Origin: Armatimonadota bacterium
GTDB lineage: Bacteria; Armatimonadota; Zipacnadia; Zipacnadales; UBA5352
Direction: 5' to 3'
NCBI GenBank assembly: GCA_034722055.1
Contig: JAYENL010000068.1
Coordinates: 1-12,777 of the forward strand
Length of the DNA: 12,777 nt
This document shows positions 1 to 7,254 of this stretch, one piece after another. The first letter of the stretch is position 1. Each line of letters begins with the position of its first letter. Below the pieces are notes generated by a model. The model saw nothing but the letters and a program-made list of their open reading frames with translations, did not search any database and was not told where the DNA came from. The position numbers and the translations under genes are program-made.

Positions 1-191
1 GGCCGCGTCCCCATGCTGGCCCCCACCCGCTCGGCAGCAGCCTCCGCGCTCTCGCGATTCAGGTCGCAGACCGCCGTGACAGCGACCCTGTCGTAGCCCT
101 CCTCCACGAGCGCCTCATAGCCCTTCAGGTGGGCCTGGGCGATCCCGCCGCACCCAACGATTCCGAGACGAACCGCATCCGGCATGGCCAT
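1..191 (-). CDS. Gfo/Idh/MocA family oxidoreductase, N-terminal fragment (continues past the left edge)
   Basis: Not in the ORF track. Manual translation from ATG 191 gives MAMPDAVRLGIVGCGGIAQAHLKGYEALVEEGYDRVAVTAVCDLNRESAEAAAERVG, with a Rossmann GxGxxA motif and 'AVCD'. GGAGG lies 6 nt upstream (198-202, minus strand). Alternative ATG at 185. Confidence 0.85.
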   Translation of the reverse strand, partial: MAMPDAVRLGIVGCGGIAQAHLKGYEALVEEGYDRVAVTAVCDLNRESAEAAAERVGASMGTR

Positions 192-284
192 CAGTCTCCT
201 CCGTGTCGCAGCGATTCCGAGCGCCGGCCATTTCGCTGCCCGCGTCCGCGAACCTGCTGGAGGACGCAAGGCCCCGCACGGGGA

Positions 285-312
285 ATAATAGTGATGACGC
301 GGTTGCCTTCAA
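285..312 (-). promoter_or_regulatory. Possible sigma70-type promoter for the leftward oxidoreductase
   Basis: Minus strand reads TTGAAG (312-307), 16-nt spacer, TATTAT (290-285), in an AT-richer patch of the divergent intergenic region. Confidence 0.4.
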
Positions 313-373
313 GAGGTGACGTCGATACTGGGCGCTGACCCGCCGTCGGCGTCCCATGGTCAGAGAGGTACAC

Positions 374-1432
374 ATGGCGCTGTATCGATCGCTGATCCTG
401 GGCTGCGGGCCGCGGGCGAAGGCGCACGCGGATGTCTACCCCCAGATCGAGGACATGAAGCTGGTGGCGGCCTGCGACCTCGATGAGGAGCGCCTGGCCG
501 CCTTCACCAGCACGTACGGCATCCCCGAAGGCTTCACCGACTACGAGACGGCGCTGGATGCGGTCGGCCCGGACATCGTTCACGTGGTGACTCAGCCCGG
601 CAACCGCGTCTGGGAGGCCGAGTGCGCCGCCGAGGCGGGCGTGAAGGCCGCCATCATGGAGAAGCCCATCGCTATTGTGCCCTCCGAGATCATCGAGCTG
701 CAGCGCATCCGCGATGAAGCGGGCATGAAGCTCATCGTCAACTGCCAGCGGCGCTACTTCCCGCAGTTCCGCGACGGCCACATCAGGCAAGTGATGGAGG
801 AGCAGATCGGCGACGTCTATCTCATCCGCGCCTCCACCAAGGGCAATCTGATGAGCATGGGCCCGCACACCATGGACCTGCTGCTGATGCTCATGGGGGA
901 CGTGACGCCGCAGTCGGTGTGGGCCATGGCCTACGGCATCGACGAGACGGGCTACAAGGCCCACCACCGCGCCCCGGAGCATCTGCTGGCCGAGTACTGG
1001 TTCCCGGGCGAGGTGCGAGTGCTGTTCGACAGCGACGTCGATGCCCTCGGCACGCCGGACGAGGACAGCTTCTTCATGCACCTGCACTTCGACATCCTGG
1101 GCTCGACGGGTCGCATCTACGTCACGCAGAATCGGGGCTGGTGGTGGCAGTGCGAGGGGATGGCACAGCCGGAGTTCGGCGAGAGCAGTTGGGACACCCA
1201 GCAGCGCGACGGCCAGCGGGATTTCACGGCCGCGGTCGCCCGGTGGCTGACCGGCGGAGAGCCGCACCTGAACCGCTTTGAGACCGCCAGGGCCACCTTC
1301 GACGCCTCCATGGCCGCGCTGCAGTCCGTCTACGAGGGGCGGCGCGTCGATCTGCCCCATTCCTTCACCGATGCGCAGTGGCACCAGCTCAGGGAGCGCC
1401 TCCTGGCGCTGGATAGTCAACACACGGCATGA
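374..1432 (+). CDS. Gfo/Idh/MocA family NAD(P)-dependent oxidoreductase
   Basis: ILGCGPRAKAH Rossmann motif, 'LVAACD', 'PDIVHVVT', the family EKP motif (IMEKPIA) and 'MGPHTMD'. Start placed at ATG 374 behind GAGG (365-368) rather than the ORF-track start at 356. Confidence 0.88.
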   Translation: MALYRSLILGCGPRAKAHADVYPQIEDMKLVAACDLDEERLAAFTSTYGIPEGFTDYETALDAVGPDIVHVVTQPGNRVWEAECAAEAGVKAAIMEKPIAIVPSEIIELQRIRDEAGMKLIVNCQRRYFPQFRDGHIRQVMEEQIGDVYLIRASTKGNLMSMGPHTMDLLLMLMGDVTPQSVWAMAYGIDETGYKAHHRAPEHLLAEYWFPGEVRVLFDSDVDALGTPDEDSFFMHLHFDILGSTGRIYVTQNRGWWWQCEGMAQPEFGESSWDTQQRDGQRDFTAAVARWLTGGEPHLNRFETARATFDASMAALQSVYEGRRVDLPHSFTDAQWHQLRERLLALDSQHTA

Positions 1433-1489
1433 TGTGCCGGCCCAGGCGGAGACAGGAGGACAGTCGCCCTCAACCGGGTGATTCACAGA

Positions 1490-1861
1490 ATGGCGCCAGC
1501 AACGGTTCTCGTTATTGACGACGATCCACAGATAGCCTCGATGATGAAGATGGTGCTGGGGAGGGAGGGGCACCAGGTGGAGGCGGCGCTCACCGGCGAG
1601 CAGGCTCTCAGTCTCGCCGCCGAGCGCCCGCCGGATGTGATACTGCTGGACCTGCACATGCCGGACATCCCAGGCACGACGATCATCGCCCGCCTCCGAG
1701 ACGAACTCGGCCTCACCAAGGTGCCCATCATCGTGGCTACCGGCGATACTGAGGCCCCTGAGCTGCCCGAGGCCTTCGCGACCATGATCAAGCCCTTCCA
1801 TCTCGACAGCCTCCTGGAGACCATCGAGGCCGCGGTCGCGCGCTGGGGCCAGGAGCAGTAG
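1490..1861 (+). CDS. Single-domain response regulator (CheY-like receiver)
   Basis: VLVIDDD acidic pocket, PDVILLDLHMP phosphoacceptor Asp, IIVAT Thr and KPF Lys are all present, with no output domain. Start is ATG 1490 or GTG 1478. Confidence 0.9.
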   Translation: MAPATVLVIDDDPQIASMMKMVLGREGHQVEAALTGEQALSLAAERPPDVILLDLHMPDIPGTTIIARLRDELGLTKVPIIVATGDTEAPELPEAFATMIKPFHLDSLLETIEAAVARWGQEQ

Positions 1862-1895
1862 GCCCGGCGCAGGGCGCCGGGCATGAGGTGAGTGG

Positions 1896-2903
1896 ATGAG
1901 CCCACGCGAGCGGATCATTGCGGCGATTGAGCACCGGGAGACCGAGTACGTCCCCTACGCCATCCCCATCGACCCCGAGGTGGTGGAGCGGCTCAACGCC
2001 CACTACGGATCGGAGCACTGGCGGAAGCGTATCCACAGCTTCGTGCACTCCGCCGGCGTGCAGTGGCGGGACGGCGGGCCGGGCGACGGCCGCTGGACCG
2101 ACAAGTTCGGGGTGGTCTGGGAGGACGCGCCAGGCCCGGGTGCCTGGCACAGCGTTCAGGTCCCGCTGACCGAGCCCACGCTGGAGGGCTACCAGTTCCC
2201 GGAGCTGCTGACCGACGAGGAGCTTGAGGAGCTGCGCGAGCGCTTCTCGGGGCCCCATGAGCAGTACCGCATGGTGGGAATGGGGATGCTGTTCTTCGAG
2301 CGCTCCTGGGCGCTGCGAGGAATGAATAACATCCTGATGGACTTCCACCTGCACCCCGGGTTCGCCCATGAGCTGTTCGAGCGGCTGATGCAGGTGCATC
2401 TCGACCTGACGGATCGGCTTGCCGAGCTGCCCATCGATGCCATTCGCTTCGGCGACGACTTCGGCGCCCAGAGCGGGCTGATCATGGGCATACCGATCTG
2501 GCGGAAGTTCCTCAAACCGCGGCTGGCGCGGATATACGGCCGGGCCCACGACCACGGCTTTCACGTCTGGATCCACTCCTGTGGGGACAACTCGCCAATC
2601 ATCGAGGACCTGATCGAGATTGGCGTTGACGTCTTCAACCCCTTCCAGCCGGAGGCCCAGGACGTGTACCGGATGAAGCGGCGGGTGGGAGACCGCATCG
2701 CCTTCGAGGGCGGCATCGGCACTCAGGAGCAACTGCCGAGGTGGCGGCCGGGCCAGATCCGCGCGGAGATCCGCCGGCTGGTGCGCGAGGTAGGAGCCGA
2801 CGGCGGCTTCATCATCAGCCCCACAAAGCCGATCATGCCCGATGTGCCCACCGAGAATGCAGTGGCCTGCATCGAGGAGATCCTGGCGCAGGCCAAGCAC
2901 TGA
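1896..2903 (+). CDS. Uroporphyrinogen decarboxylase (URO-D)/MtaA-CmuA-like family protein, probably not true HemE
   Basis: N-terminal MSPRERIIAAI..E..YVP, FGDDFGAQSGLIMG..WRKFLKP, HSCG, NPFQPE, GGIGTQ and GGFIISP..IMPDVPTEN are typical of the expanded URO-D-like paralogue family. GAGGTGA lies upstream of the start. Confidence 0.85.
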   Translation: MSPRERIIAAIEHRETEYVPYAIPIDPEVVERLNAHYGSEHWRKRIHSFVHSAGVQWRDGGPGDGRWTDKFGVVWEDAPGPGAWHSVQVPLTEPTLEGYQFPELLTDEELEELRERFSGPHEQYRMVGMGMLFFERSWALRGMNNILMDFHLHPGFAHELFERLMQVHLDLTDRLAELPIDAIRFGDDFGAQSGLIMGIPIWRKFLKPRLARIYGRAHDHGFHVWIHSCGDNSPIIEDLIEIGVDVFNPFQPEAQDVYRMKRRVGDRIAFEGGIGTQEQLPRWRPGQIRAEIRRLVREVGADGGFIISPTKPIMPDVPTENAVACIEEILAQAKH

Positions 2904-3045
2904 GCCACGGTCGGCAGGCGCGATGGAGCAGACGGGCGTACGGGTGGGCGCCAGTCTGTGCGCGGAGGGACATCGGCGGCGGAGGTCCCCTGTCGCCGAT
3001 CAGGGAAGATGGGACTGGCATCGAGCAGGTTGCGGAGGTAGGCCC

Positions 3046-3903
3046 ATGGTCGAGTCTGTAAAGCCCCGCGTGGCGCTGGTGCAGTTCCCCGGCTCCAACT
3101 GCGAGTGGGAGACCAAGCGGGCGGCCGAGGCCGCCGGGGTGGAGTGTGACGTCTTCCGCTGGAACATCGATCCCCAGGCCCTCGGCGCCTACGACGGCTA
3201 CATCGTGGGCGGCGGCTTCTCCTACCAGGACCGGGTCCGCTCCGGCGTCATCGCCACCAAGGAGCCCATCGTGGCGCGGATGATGGATGAGATCCTGGGG
3301 TCCGGCAAGCCCGCGCTGGGCATCTGCAACGGGGCGCAGGTGCTGGTGGAGGCGGGGCTGATCCCCGGCATGCACACCGGGCATGTGGAGATGGCGCTGG
3401 CGCCCAACCGTCCGGACCCGGCCCACCGCATCGCCGGCTTCTGCTGTCGCTGGGTCTTCATCACGCTGGCCTGCCAGCCCGACCGGTGCCTGATGACGAC
3501 CGAGCTGGAGCCGGGTGAGATCATCCCCATTCCCATTGCTCACGGCGAGGGGCGCTTCACCACCCGCGATCCGGAGCTGGTGGAGCAACTGCGCGAGAAC
3601 GATCAGATCGTGTTCCAGTACTGCGACGCTGACGGCCGCGTCGAGGACCGTCCGGAGATCAACCCCAACGGAGCTGTGGCGAACGCCGCCGGGATCTGCA
3701 GCCCGGACGGCAGCGTGCTGGCCATGATGCCACATCCCGAGCGGGCCAGCTTCCTGGGGCAGGTCCCCACCGACCTGGGCGGGCCGTGGTCGCGGCGGCG
3801 CCGGGAGGCCTACGGCGATGCCCGCGGCCTGGACTCGCCGGGGCCGGGCAGAGCCATCTTCGAGTCCATGCGCCGGGGGATGCTGGTGGCATCGCCAGCC
3901 TGA
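3046..3903 (+). CDS. purQ: Phosphoribosylformylglycinamidine synthase glutaminase subunit PurQ
   Basis: FPGSNCE, GGFSYQD, LGICNG (catalytic Cys), PIAHGEGRF, NPNG and MMPHPER (His-Glu of the triad). SD GGAGGT (3034-3039) supports ATG 3046 rather than the ORF-track start at 2842. Confidence 0.93.
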   Translation: MVESVKPRVALVQFPGSNCEWETKRAAEAAGVECDVFRWNIDPQALGAYDGYIVGGGFSYQDRVRSGVIATKEPIVARMMDEILGSGKPALGICNGAQVLVEAGLIPGMHTGHVEMALAPNRPDPAHRIAGFCCRWVFITLACQPDRCLMTTELEPGEIIPIPIAHGEGRFTTRDPELVEQLRENDQIVFQYCDADGRVEDRPEINPNGAVANAAGICSPDGSVLAMMPHPERASFLGQVPTDLGGPWSRRRREAYGDARGLDSPGPGRAIFESMRRGMLVASPA

Positions 3904-3955
3904 GAGGCGCAACACGGAGCGGGGCGCGGCGCCGACGAGCCGGCTCTGCTGGCGC

Positions 3956-3984
3956 TTGACAGTGCATTGGCGCTGGGCTATACT
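3956..3984 (+). promoter_or_regulatory. Sigma70/sigmaA-type promoter of the zinc-ribbon-yggS-sepF operon
   Basis: TTGACA (3956-3961), 17-nt spacer, TATACT (3979-3984): perfect -35 and 5/6 -10, intergenic, 42 nt before the GTG at 4027. Confidence 0.85.
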
Positions 3985-4026
3985 CACCCTGATTCGGCCA
4001 CGTGCTGCCGGTAAGGTGGAATTACT

Positions 4027-4791
4027 GTGGCGGTGGTTTACTGCAATCGCTGCGGATGCGAGAACGACTCCAGAGAAGGCGCATGCCTCCGATGCTACAA
4101 CCCCCTCGACTGGCCGCCGGGCGGCCTCTCCTGTGGTGCATGCGGCGCCGACAATGCCGAGGAGGCGCACTACTGCGCTGAATGCGGCGAGCCGGTCATT
4201 GATGTGCCCAGGCAGCCGCCGTGCAGCCTCGACGCCGCCATCGACCTCGTGCTCGGCAGCGAGGCTGAGGCCGCCCCGGCCGAGGAGGAGCTCGTCGGCG
4301 AGGAGGAGCCCGCCGGCGTCCCCGAGCTCGACTTCGAGGAGGAGCCCGCGGCGGCGCCCGAACTCGAGGCGCCCCCGGCACCCGAGCCGGAAGAGGTAGA
4401 GGAGCTCGTCGAGGAGGTACCGCCCCCGCCTCCACCGGCCGTCGAGGTCGAGGAGGAGCCTGCGGCGCCGGAGCCGCAGGAGCCCGAGGAGGAAGAGGAG
4501 CTCTTCGAGCCCGTGGAGGCTGGGGAGGCGCCGGAGTTCGCTCCACCGCCCCCGCCACCGTCCGCTGATGAGATCGAGGAGGAAGGCGTTGAGGAGCCGG
4601 AGGCTCCAGCCTTCGAGCCGGTCGAGGAGCCGGCGGAGGAGGAGGCCGCGGAGGACGTGGAGTTCGGCGACCTCGACTTCGAGGTGTCCGAGGAGCCGGC
4701 CGAGAAGCCTGCCGAGCCCGCCGAGGAGGAGAAGGAAGAGGAAGAGGAGGCGGGCGGCTGGGTGATCGACTTCGACGAGGACGAGCAGTAG
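4027..4791 (+). CDS. Double zinc-ribbon protein with a long Glu/Pro-rich disordered tail
   Basis: Four CxxC pairs (CNRC, CLRC, CGAC, CAEC) in the first 53 aa, then about 175 aa of low-complexity acidic sequence. AAGGTGG SD precedes GTG 4027, codon usage matches neighbours, and the gene ends 12 nt before yggS. Confidence 0.82.
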   Translation: MAVVYCNRCGCENDSREGACLRCYNPLDWPPGGLSCGACGADNAEEAHYCAECGEPVIDVPRQPPCSLDAAIDLVLGSEAEAAPAEEELVGEEEPAGVPELDFEEEPAAAPELEAPPAPEPEEVEELVEEVPPPPPPAVEVEEEPAAPEPQEPEEEEELFEPVEAGEAPEFAPPPPPPSADEIEEEGVEEPEAPAFEPVEEPAEEEAAEDVEFGDLDFEVSEEPAEKPAEPAEEEKEEEEEAGGWVIDFDEDEQ

Positions 4792-4803
4792 CCGGAGAGC
4801 GGC

Positions 4804-5508
4804 TTGTCGTTGACATATTCTGAGATCGCCGACAATTATCGCGACGTGAACCGCCGGATCGCGGCGGCGACGGAGCGTAGCGGCCGCGAGCCGGATGACG
4901 TGGTGCTGGTGGTCGTCACCAAGACCAGGAGCCTCGACGAGGTCCGAGCCGCCGTGGAGGCGGGGGCTCAGGACTTGGCGGAGAACTACGTGCAGGAGAT
5001 GGAGGAGAAGGCGGAGGCCCTGGCTGACGCCGACGTTAGGTGGCACGCCATCGGGCACCTGCAAACCAACAAGATCAGGCGCATCACGCCCTTCATCAGC
5101 CTGGTCCACTCCGTGGACAGCCCGCGGGTGGGACGGGAGCTTGACAGGCGCGCGGAGCGCGACGAGCGACTGGTGCCCTTCCTGCTGCAGGTGAACGTCA
5201 GCGGGGAGGAGAGCAAGTTCGGGGTCGAGCCGGAGGCGGCGGAGGCCCTGGCCCGGGAGCTGGTGGAGTTGGAGCACTCCCGGCTGGTGGGGCTGATGAC
5301 GATGCCGCCGTACTGCGAGGACCCGGAGGAGAACCGGCCCTACTTCCAGCGCCTGCGAGCGTTGCGGGACCGGCTGGTGGCCGCAGGGATTCCGGAGCGG
5401 AACATGCGCCAGCTCTCCATGGGCATGACGTGCGATTTCGAGGTGGCCGTGGAGGAGGGGGCAACGCTGGTGCGAGTGGGGAGCGCCATTTTCGGACCGC
5501 GGGAGTAG
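4804..5508 (+). CDS. yggS: Pyridoxal phosphate homeostasis protein YggS/PLPBP (YlmE)
   Basis: VVVTK (PLP lysine), ENYVQE, WHAIGHLQTNK, HSVDS, LQVNVSGEESKFG, GLMTMPP, LSMGMT.DF and RVGSAIFG. TTG start behind GGAG (4794-4797). Confidence 0.95.
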   Translation: MSLTYSEIADNYRDVNRRIAAATERSGREPDDVVLVVVTKTRSLDEVRAAVEAGAQDLAENYVQEMEEKAEALADADVRWHAIGHLQTNKIRRITPFISLVHSVDSPRVGRELDRRAERDERLVPFLLQVNVSGEESKFGVEPEAAEALARELVELEHSRLVGLMTMPPYCEDPEENRPYFQRLRALRDRLVAAGIPERNMRQLSMGMTCDFEVAVEEGATLVRVGSAIFGPRE

Positions 5509-5607
5509 ACAACTGGTTGGCTCGGGCATCCGTCACAAGGCCCGGAGTCGTTGACATCCACAGCAACAGTCACAGCCGTCATCGCAGAACCATAGGAGGG
5601 ATGTACG

Positions 5608-6078
5608 ATGCCAAACCGCTTCGCGGCCGCGGCCCTGGACTTCTTCGGTTTCGGGGACGGGCTCAACGGGGACGGGTTCGAGTTCGACGACGAGATGGAC
5701 GTGATGGAGCCCGGCGACGACCCGACCGGCGTGTATCCCCTGCGCACCGAGCGCACCGAGTACAGCGGCATGGCCATCATCCGCGCCACGCCCGGAACCA
5801 TGGACGAGGCGCCGCAGGTGGCCGAGCAGATCAAGGACCACCTCCCCGTTATCGTCAACCTCGAGGACGTCCCGGAGCCCGAGGCACGCCGTATCGTGGA
5901 CTTCCTCGGCGGGGTCATCTACGGGTTGAACGGGTCCATGAAGAAGATCGCGCGCTCGGTCTTCATCTGCTCGCCCTTCGACATTCCCGTCGAGCAGCTC
6001 TCCATCAGCCCCGGGCGGACAGGTCCCGGGCCGCATGAGGATGAGGAGACCGCCGACGTGCGCGTCAATCCCTTCTGA
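5608..6078 (+). CDS. sepF: Cell division protein SepF
   Basis: N-terminal amphipathic segment (AALDFFGF), acidic linker and core P..MDEA..VAEQIK...PVIVNLE......ARRIVDFLGGVIYGLNG...KI...VFICSP. AGGAGG SD at 5594-5599. Canonical position after yggS. Confidence 0.93.
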   Translation: MPNRFAAAALDFFGFGDGLNGDGFEFDDEMDVMEPGDDPTGVYPLRTERTEYSGMAIIRATPGTMDEAPQVAEQIKDHLPVIVNLEDVPEPEARRIVDFLGGVIYGLNGSMKKIARSVFICSPFDIPVEQLSISPGRTGPGPHEDEETADVRVNPF

Positions 6079-6100
6079 GAGCGCACCGGAGAGGCCCGCG

Positions 6101-6916
6101 ATGACTGACAGCGCCTCGTACCGCCTGGGCGTGATAGGCACCGGCGTGATGGGTCGGGCGCTGCTGAATGCGGCCATCCGCGGCGGGGTGGTGGCGGCCT
6201 CCGAGGTCATCGCCTCCGACATCAGTCCCGGCTGCCGGCGGCAGGCCGAGCAGATGGGCTGCTTCGCCACCGACGACAACCATCAGGTGGTGGTGGGGAC
6301 CCAGAATCTGCTGGTTGCCGTCAAGCCCCAGGTGATCCGCGAGGTCCTGACCGAGCTCCGGGAGGACTTCCACCAGGGCCAGCTTCTGATCTCCATCGCC
6401 GCAGGCGTCTCCCTTCAGACGCTACGGGAGGCCGCCGGCCCGGCCCCGAACCTGGTGCGGGTGATGCCCAACATCTGCTGCACCGTCGGCGAGGCGGCCT
6501 GTGCCTGGGCTCCCGACGATGCCGCCACCGAGGAGCAGCTCCAGTTCGTGGAGGAGCTGCTCTCAGCGGCCGGCGAGACGGTGCGGGTGGAGGAGAGGCT
6601 GCTGGACGCGGTCACGGGCCTCTCGGGCTCTGGCCCGGCATTCGTGGCCGTGTTCATCGAGGCGTTGGCCGACGGCGGTGTGAGGGCCGGCCTGCCGAGG
6701 GAGCAGGCGCAGCGGCTGGCGGCTCAGACCGCTCTGGGCGCGGCGCGGTGGATCCTGGACACCGACGAGAGTCCGGTGGCGCTGAAGGACCGTGTGTGTT
6801 CGCCGGGCGGCACCACCATCGCGGGCGTGGCGGCGCTGGAGAGCCGGGCATTTCGCGCGGCGGCCATCGAGGCGGTGGTGGCGGCGGCCGAGCGCGCCAA
6901 GGAGCTGGGAGGCTGA
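6101..6916 (+). CDS. proC: Pyrroline-5-carboxylate reductase
   Basis: IGTGVMG, AVKPQ, ISIAAGV, RVMPN, DAVTGLSGSGPA and VCSPGGTTIAG. ATG 6101 behind GGAGAGG; the ORF-track start at 6035 overlaps sepF. Confidence 0.95.
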   Translation: MTDSASYRLGVIGTGVMGRALLNAAIRGGVVAASEVIASDISPGCRRQAEQMGCFATDDNHQVVVGTQNLLVAVKPQVIREVLTELREDFHQGQLLISIAAGVSLQTLREAAGPAPNLVRVMPNICCTVGEAACAWAPDDAATEEQLQFVEELLSAAGETVRVEERLLDAVTGLSGSGPAFVAVFIEALADGGVRAGLPREQAQRLAAQTALGAARWILDTDESPVALKDRVCSPGGTTIAGVAALESRAFRAAAIEAVVAAAERAKELGG

Positions 6917-6935
6917 CCGAGCAGCGTTCGGTCGG

Positions 6936-7229
6936 GTGAGTGTGGCCAGACAGGAGATCGCTAACGCCGTCAACCTCGCGTTCAACATCTACCTCTTCAT
7001 CATCCTGGTGCGGGTCATCTTCAGTTGGATCCGGCTAAGGCGACCGCCGGCCATCGTGCGGCAGATCGAGCGCTTCGCCCATGCCGCCACGGAGCCGCTC
7101 CTGCGTCCCATCCGTAACCTGCTCTATCGCTATCAGTCCGGCTCGCCCATCGACTTCTCGCCGGTCATCGCCTGGCTGCTGATCCTGGTCGTCCAGCGTA
7201 TAGTCATCCGGCTCATCTCCACGGTCTGA
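6936..7229 (+). CDS. yggT: YggT/YlmG family membrane protein
   Basis: Two hydrophobic segments with IY...ILVRVIFSW, TEPLLRPIR and IDFSP motifs. Start is GTG 6936 or 6942. Confidence 0.9.
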   Translation: MSVARQEIANAVNLAFNIYLFIILVRVIFSWIRLRRPPAIVRQIERFAHAATEPLLRPIRNLLYRYQSGSPIDFSPVIAWLLILVVQRIVIRLISTV

Positions 7230-7254
7230 GCGCGCCTCGAAGGAGCCGCATCAC

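Noticed and set aside
1430..1489. Oxidoreductase TGA is in frame with the receiver ORF with no other stop (readthrough or selenocysteine fusion?), plus a stray AGGAGG at 1454-1459
   Set aside because: Both proteins look complete, the linker is not domain-like and there is no convincing SECIS. In-frame arrangement over a short GC-rich gap is likely by chance.
191..1918. 575-aa minus-strand ORF
   Set aside because: Antisense shadow of the oxidoreductase and receiver genes, with no motifs. Such ORFs are expected from GC-rich codon bias.
2842..3045. N-terminal extension of PurQ, or a purS gene in the gap
   Set aside because: PurQ similarity starts at MVESVKPRVALV behind a strong SD. The upstream translation resembles neither PurS nor another recognisable domain.
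4260..4790. Short DNA repeats such as CTCGACTTCGAGG (4327, 4672) as a CRISPR or tandem array
   Set aside because: Irregular spacing, short length and explained by repeated peptide motifs. No cas genes are present.
4170..4835. Ser/Gly-rich and Pro/Arg-rich alternative ORFs over the acidic tail
   Set aside because: Alternative-frame readings of the low-complexity GAG/CCG-rich coding sequence.
4810..4840. TTGACA inside the start of yggS as an internal promoter
   Set aside because: The best -10-like hexamer (GACAAT) is at a 15-nt spacing and the site lies in coding sequence.
2833..5529. 898-aa minus-strand ORF
   Set aside because: Antisense to purQ, the zinc-ribbon gene and yggS. Its Leu runs mirror GAG (Glu) codons on the plus strand.
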